Shown: piece after piece, positions 60,073 through 64,000 of the stretch
How the letters are laid out: the number at the start of each line of letters is the position of its first letter
How positions within the stretch are numbered: the stretch's first letter is position 1
Assembly (NCBI RefSeq): GCF_032116555.1
Contig: NZ_CP134949.1
Coordinates: 310,001-374,000 of the forward strand
DNA length: 64,000 bases
Source: Halorarum halobium
Lineage (GTDB): Archaea; Halobacteriota; Halobacteria; Halobacteriales; Haloferacaceae
Direction of reading: 5' to 3'
Position numbers and translations under genes: made by a program
Notes under the pieces: generated by a model
Seen by the model: the letters and a program-made list of their open reading frames with translations, nothing else
Database searches by the model: none
Told to the model about the DNA's origin: nothing

Positions 60073-60840
60073 ATGGCCGAGAACCAGTCGGCGAACCTCG
60101 TCAAGTCCGCGCGGACGACGTTTCGGATCCTCGAACTGCTCAAGGAGAAGAAGGAGCCCACGGTCACAGAGTTGACCGCGGAGTTCGACCTCTCGAAGAG
60201 CAGCATCCACAACTACCTGACCACGCTCGAGCGCGACGGCTACGTCGTGAAGGAGGGGAACGCCTACCGGCTCGGCCTCAAGATGCTCGACCTGGGCGGC
60301 TACGCGCAGCACGGACAGCGGATCTACGACGTCGCGAAGGACGAGGTCACGGCGCTGGCCGAGGAGACGGGGGAACTGGCGAACCTCCTCGTCGAGGAAC
60401 ACGGGAAGGGGATCTACCTCCATCGCGCCCACGGCGAGGACGCCGTCAAGACCGACTCGTACATCGGCCAGGAGGTGTATCTGCACAACACCGGCCTCGG
60501 GAACGCGATCCTCGCGCACCTCCCGCGGGACCGCGTCCACGAGGTTCTCGACGAACACGGGATGCCGGCGACGACCGGGAGCACCATCACGGACCGGGAC
60601 GAACTGTTCGACCACCTCGACGAGGTGCGCGAGAACGGGTACGCGCTCGACGACGAGGCCCGCGTCAAGGGGCTGCGCTGTGTCGCCGTCCCGATCATCA
60701 ACAACGACGACGAGGTCGAGGGGGCGATCAGCGTCTCCGGCCCGACCAGTCGGTTCCAGGGCGACCGGTTCCGGGAGCGGCTGCCCGAGAAGCTCCAGAG
60801 CGTGGCGAACGTGATCGAACTCAACATCACGTACACCTGA
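60073..60840 (+). CDS. IclR family transcriptional regulator
   Basis: TVTELTAEFDLSKSSIHNYL HTH; HNTGLGNAILA; GLRCVAVPI; ISVSGP. Confidence 0.95.
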   Translation: MAENQSANLVKSARTTFRILELLKEKKEPTVTELTAEFDLSKSSIHNYLTTLERDGYVVKEGNAYRLGLKMLDLGGYAQHGQRIYDVAKDEVTALAEETGELANLLVEEHGKGIYLHRAHGEDAVKTDSYIGQEVYLHNTGLGNAILAHLPRDRVHEVLDEHGMPATTGSTITDRDELFDHLDEVRENGYALDDEARVKGLRCVAVPIINNDDEVEGAISVSGPTSRFQGDRFRERLPEKLQSVANVIELNITYT

Positions 60841-61446
60841 CGCACACTCAAACTACGTCACCTCCTACTAATTCTGAGGGAGTTTCTAAAATGCACGATG
60901 ATTGCGGCGTAATCCCGGAACACGAATCATTTCAGGAACTCCGATCTACCATTACTGACGATCAGACAGTATCACTGAGTATGGGCCGGTGAGGAGTTCC
61001 AGGACCGGATCACGGCGCTCGGTGATTACAGTCGTACACGCGTAATGGACCGCTGGATAGCCCCGGTTTGTGAGGCTCGACATAGCTATCAAACCTAGAG
61101 AACGCACACGTAGTATAGATTTAGTTATGTTTATGTGCTTCTGGTGTGGCTATTTCGAGACGTATCCGACTCGTGGAAGATCGAAGATAGTTCGGGAACT
61201 CGGCAGCGGAACCGACGAGTAAAGTCGAATATCTCTGCCGATTTTGAACGAACACATCTGTTCGATCGGGTCCTGCGATCGACCTTCACGAGAACGAAAT
61301 CCGATTTGTCGTTCTATCACCGGACCTAACGAATGGAAACACTGTGTCGAGAACTGATCGTTTCTCGGCGGGGAGATTTCGAGCGTCCCCTGCTCACCAC
61401 TCACGCTGCCCCGTCGACGACCGACCGCTTTCCGAGCCTGTCGGTG

Positions 61447-61788
61447 TCAGGCCGTGTTCCCGTCCTGCGTCTCCCGATCGGTCTCCTCGGCGAGGTCGCT
61501 CGCCTCGACCTCCGAGGCGACGCCCCACGGGAGGCCAAGGAACTCCTCGGGTGACTCGACGATGACGCCGATCGGCCCGCCGGGCACGACGTCCTGACCG
61601 TCGGCGACGAGGGTCTCGTGGAGGACCCCCCGCTCGGCGGCCACGACAGTCGCGGTCCCGCTTCGGTAGTCGATCTCGGCGATCAGATCGCCCTTCCGGA
61701 CGGACGCACCCGCGTCGGCGTGCCACCGGATCGAACCATGCGTTCGCCCGTCGGGACCGTCGTCGGGGACGTGGATGATCTCCCCCAT
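61447..61788 (-). CDS. Biotin/lipoyl-attachment-like domain protein lacking the canonical lysine
   Basis: GSIRWHADAGASVRKGDLIAEIDYRSGTATVVAAERGVLHETLVADGQDVVPGGPIGVI fits the lipoyl-domain pattern. Confidence 0.65.
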   Translation of the reverse strand: MGEIIHVPDDGPDGRTHGSIRWHADAGASVRKGDLIAEIDYRSGTATVVAAERGVLHETLVADGQDVVPGGPIGVIVESPEEFLGLPWGVASEVEASDLAEETDRETQDGNTA

Positions 61789-62024
61789 CTCGAGAGCCTT
61801 GCGCGGGAGCCGCAGTAACCGTTTTGGTAGCAGAACGTGTCGGTTTACACCGAACGGGTTCAGATTCGACGTATCCGGCTTGGACTGCGGCCGTCCGATC
61901 GGACCGACGGACGGCGAATTCGTGGGCCCTGATCGCTCGTGCGACCGATCGGCTGGTCACCTTCGACGCGCTCCGTGGTATAGATTCAAGGGACTCGACG
62001 GCGTGAGTGGACCGTGAGTTCCAC

Positions 62025-63167
62025 ATGTCCGATCTGCTGTTAGAAAACGTCGGTCGCGTCGTCACCGGCGACCCGGCGGACCCGACGAAATCGGTCGAAT
62101 CGATCCACGTGCGCGACGGCGTCATCGAGGAGCTGGGAGCCTCCGCGACGACCGCCGACACCGTCATCGACGTGCGGGGGACGACCGTCGTCCCGGGGCT
62201 GATCGACGCCCACGTCCACCCGGTGGCGGGCGGGTACACGCCCAGACAGAACACGCTCGGCTGGTGTGAAAGCTACCTACACGGCGGCGTCACGTCGATG
62301 GTCTCGGCCGGCGAGATCCACCATCCGGGGCGGCCCGCCGACGCGGCGGGGACGAAGTCGCTCGCGGTGCTCAACCGGAAGTCGTACGGGAACCACCGGC
62401 CCGGCGGGGTGAAACTCCACGCCGGGACGCTCGTGCTCACGGACGATCTCGCGGTCGAGGACGTCGAGGAGGTCCGTCGGCAGGGCGTCGAGCGCACGAA
62501 GATCATCTTCGCCATGGCCGACCTCGATCACGCCCACGACCTCGTGGCCCGGGCGAAGGAGCTCGGCATGGTGACGATGATGCACGCGGGCGGCGCGAGC
62601 GTTCCGGGAACCCGGTCCATCGGCGAGGAACAGTTCAGGCGCGTCGAGCCCGACGTCGCGCTCCACTTCAACGGCGGCCCGACCGCGATGCCCGACGACG
62701 AGTGGCGAGCCCTCCTCGCGGACACGGACATGGATCTGGAACTCGTCGTCGCGGGGAACCAGCGGACCGCCGGCGAGATCCTGTCGACGCTCGCCGACCG
62801 CGACGAGCTTGACCGGCTTCAGATCGCCACGGACACGCCGACGGGCACCGGCGTCGTCCCGTGTGGGATGTGGCTGGAGGCCAGTTTCCTCGCGAGCACG
62901 ACCGACGTGAGCGCGGCCGAACTCGTCTGTCTGATGACCGGCACGCCGGCCGCCCACCACGGCCTCGACGCGGGTCGGATCGAGCCGGGCCGTCCCGCCG
63001 ACCTCTGTATCCTCGACGCGCCCCAGGGGAGCGCGGCAGACGACGCCCTCGGCGCGATCGAACACGGTGATTATCCCAGCGTCGACACCGTGCTCGTCGA
63101 CGGGGAGGTGCTCGTTGACGGGAGTCGGAACACGGGCCCCGCGAAGCGACCGGCGGAGATCCTGTAA
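62025..63167 (+). CDS. Enamidase-like amidohydrolase
   Basis: PGLIDAHVH, YTPRQ, LHGGVTSMVSAGE.H.PGRPADAAGTKSLA, RPGGVKLH, MHAGGASVPG, HFNGGPTA, DTPTGTG, SRNTGPAKR; collinear with enamidase as recalled. Confidence 0.85.
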   Translation: MSDLLLENVGRVVTGDPADPTKSVESIHVRDGVIEELGASATTADTVIDVRGTTVVPGLIDAHVHPVAGGYTPRQNTLGWCESYLHGGVTSMVSAGEIHHPGRPADAAGTKSLAVLNRKSYGNHRPGGVKLHAGTLVLTDDLAVEDVEEVRRQGVERTKIIFAMADLDHAHDLVARAKELGMVTMMHAGGASVPGTRSIGEEQFRRVEPDVALHFNGGPTAMPDDEWRALLADTDMDLELVVAGNQRTAGEILSTLADRDELDRLQIATDTPTGTGVVPCGMWLEASFLASTTDVSAAELVCLMTGTPAAHHGLDAGRIEPGRPADLCILDAPQGSAADDALGAIEHGDYPSVDTVLVDGEVLVDGSRNTGPAKRPAEIL

Positions 63168-63257
63168 GGGTTCACGGGCGGTCGGTTCCCCGTCCCGTTC
63201 GGTCGTCCCGCCGGACCGGACTAGCTTTATCATCTCCGTGCGAGACCTTCGAAGCGT

Positions 63258-63962
63258 ATGCTGCTCGATCTCACCCAGACGCTCGAGGAGGACGTCCCGT
63301 ACCCCGCGGTCTGCCCGCCGCCCTCGTTCGGCACGGTGCTGGACAACCGGGCCGACGATCCGCTCAACGTCCAGCAGTTCTCGCTGTCGACACACACCGG
63401 GACCCACATCGACGCGGTGCGCCACCGGTTCCCGGACGGCGAGTCGATCGACGAACTGCCCCTCGAACGGTTCACCGGCGAGTCGGTCGTCCTGGACGTT
63501 TCCAGGGAGGAGGCGGGCCCCGTGGACGCCGCGGACCTCGCGGCGGCCGTCGACCGCGACGACCTCTCGATCCGTCCAGACGACGTTGTGCTGCTGTACA
63601 TGGGCTGGGGCGACAAGTACGGCACGGACGAGTACGAGATCCACCCGTGGCTGACGACGGACGCGGCCGCGTGGCTCGTCGACCGCGAGGTCTCGCTCGT
63701 CGGGATGGACACGATCACGCCCGACGTTCCCGGCCCCCACCGATCGGACGACTGGGCGGAGACCGAACGGTGGCCCGTGCACGAAGTGCTGCTCGGCGGT
63801 GACGTCCTCATCGCCGAGAACCTGGTCAACCTCGACCGCATCGCCGGCGAGCGCGTCGCGGTGACGGCGTTCCCGCTGAAGATCCGTGACGGCGACGGCG
63901 CACAGACCCGGTTCGTCGCCGAGACCGAACACCGAGTCGCACCCGACGAGCCCCGGAGCTAG
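63258..63962 (+). CDS. Cyclase family metal-dependent hydrolase (kynurenine formamidase/KynB-like)
   Basis: DLTQTL, HTGTHIDA, VGMDT, HEVLL, IAENLVNL, PLKIRDGDGA. Confidence 0.92.
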   Translation: MLLDLTQTLEEDVPYPAVCPPPSFGTVLDNRADDPLNVQQFSLSTHTGTHIDAVRHRFPDGESIDELPLERFTGESVVLDVSREEAGPVDAADLAAAVDRDDLSIRPDDVVLLYMGWGDKYGTDEYEIHPWLTTDAAAWLVDREVSLVGMDTITPDVPGPHRSDDWAETERWPVHEVLLGGDVLIAENLVNLDRIAGERVAVTAFPLKIRDGDGAQTRFVAETEHRVAPDEPRS

Positions 63963-64000
63963 GTTCCAGTCGAGCGGAGCGCCGGAGCGCCGCAGGCGGT

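Noticed and set aside
60840..61404. Short ORFs or an IS remnant in the AT-rich tract
   Set aside because: No coding signature or inverted terminal repeats could be supported.

Overview
High-GC window from a halophilic archaeon (class Halobacteria), judged from acidic proteins, Tat/lipobox and PGF-CTERM signals, and an archaeal-type RNase P RNA. Bases 1-22.3 kb are mostly housekeeping backbone: DHH phosphoesterase, Usp, an RHH/RelE toxin-antitoxin pair, AMMECR1, rnpB, MBL hydrolases, acyl-CoA ligase and dehydrogenase, a cation/H+ antiporter, an E1a/E1b/lipoyl 2-oxoacid dehydrogenase cluster and CorA. This part also holds a deletion scar joining two divergent gene remnants. From about 22.5 kb the window is a series of catabolic modules separated by AT-rich spacers. 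Module 1 (22.9-38.1 kb): IclR, RidA, MlrC-like hydrolase, class III aminotransferase, creatininase-family hydrolase, ALDH, Dpp-type ABC transporter, glucarate-dehydratase-like enolase and FAH protein, for an unknown N-containing substrate. Module 2 (38.7-60.8 kb): a glycan/uronate utilisation locus with GH88, DUF2264 (GH154-like), GH42, sugar ABC transporter, LarA-superfamily protein, galactonate dehydratase, aldolase and glycerate kinase. Module 3 (from 61.4 kb): an enamidase homologue and a cyclase-family hydrolase. Several perfect intergenic tandem repeats are present. No CRISPR array, tRNA, rRNA or transposase was seen. All family assignments come from motif recognition by eye, not database searches.
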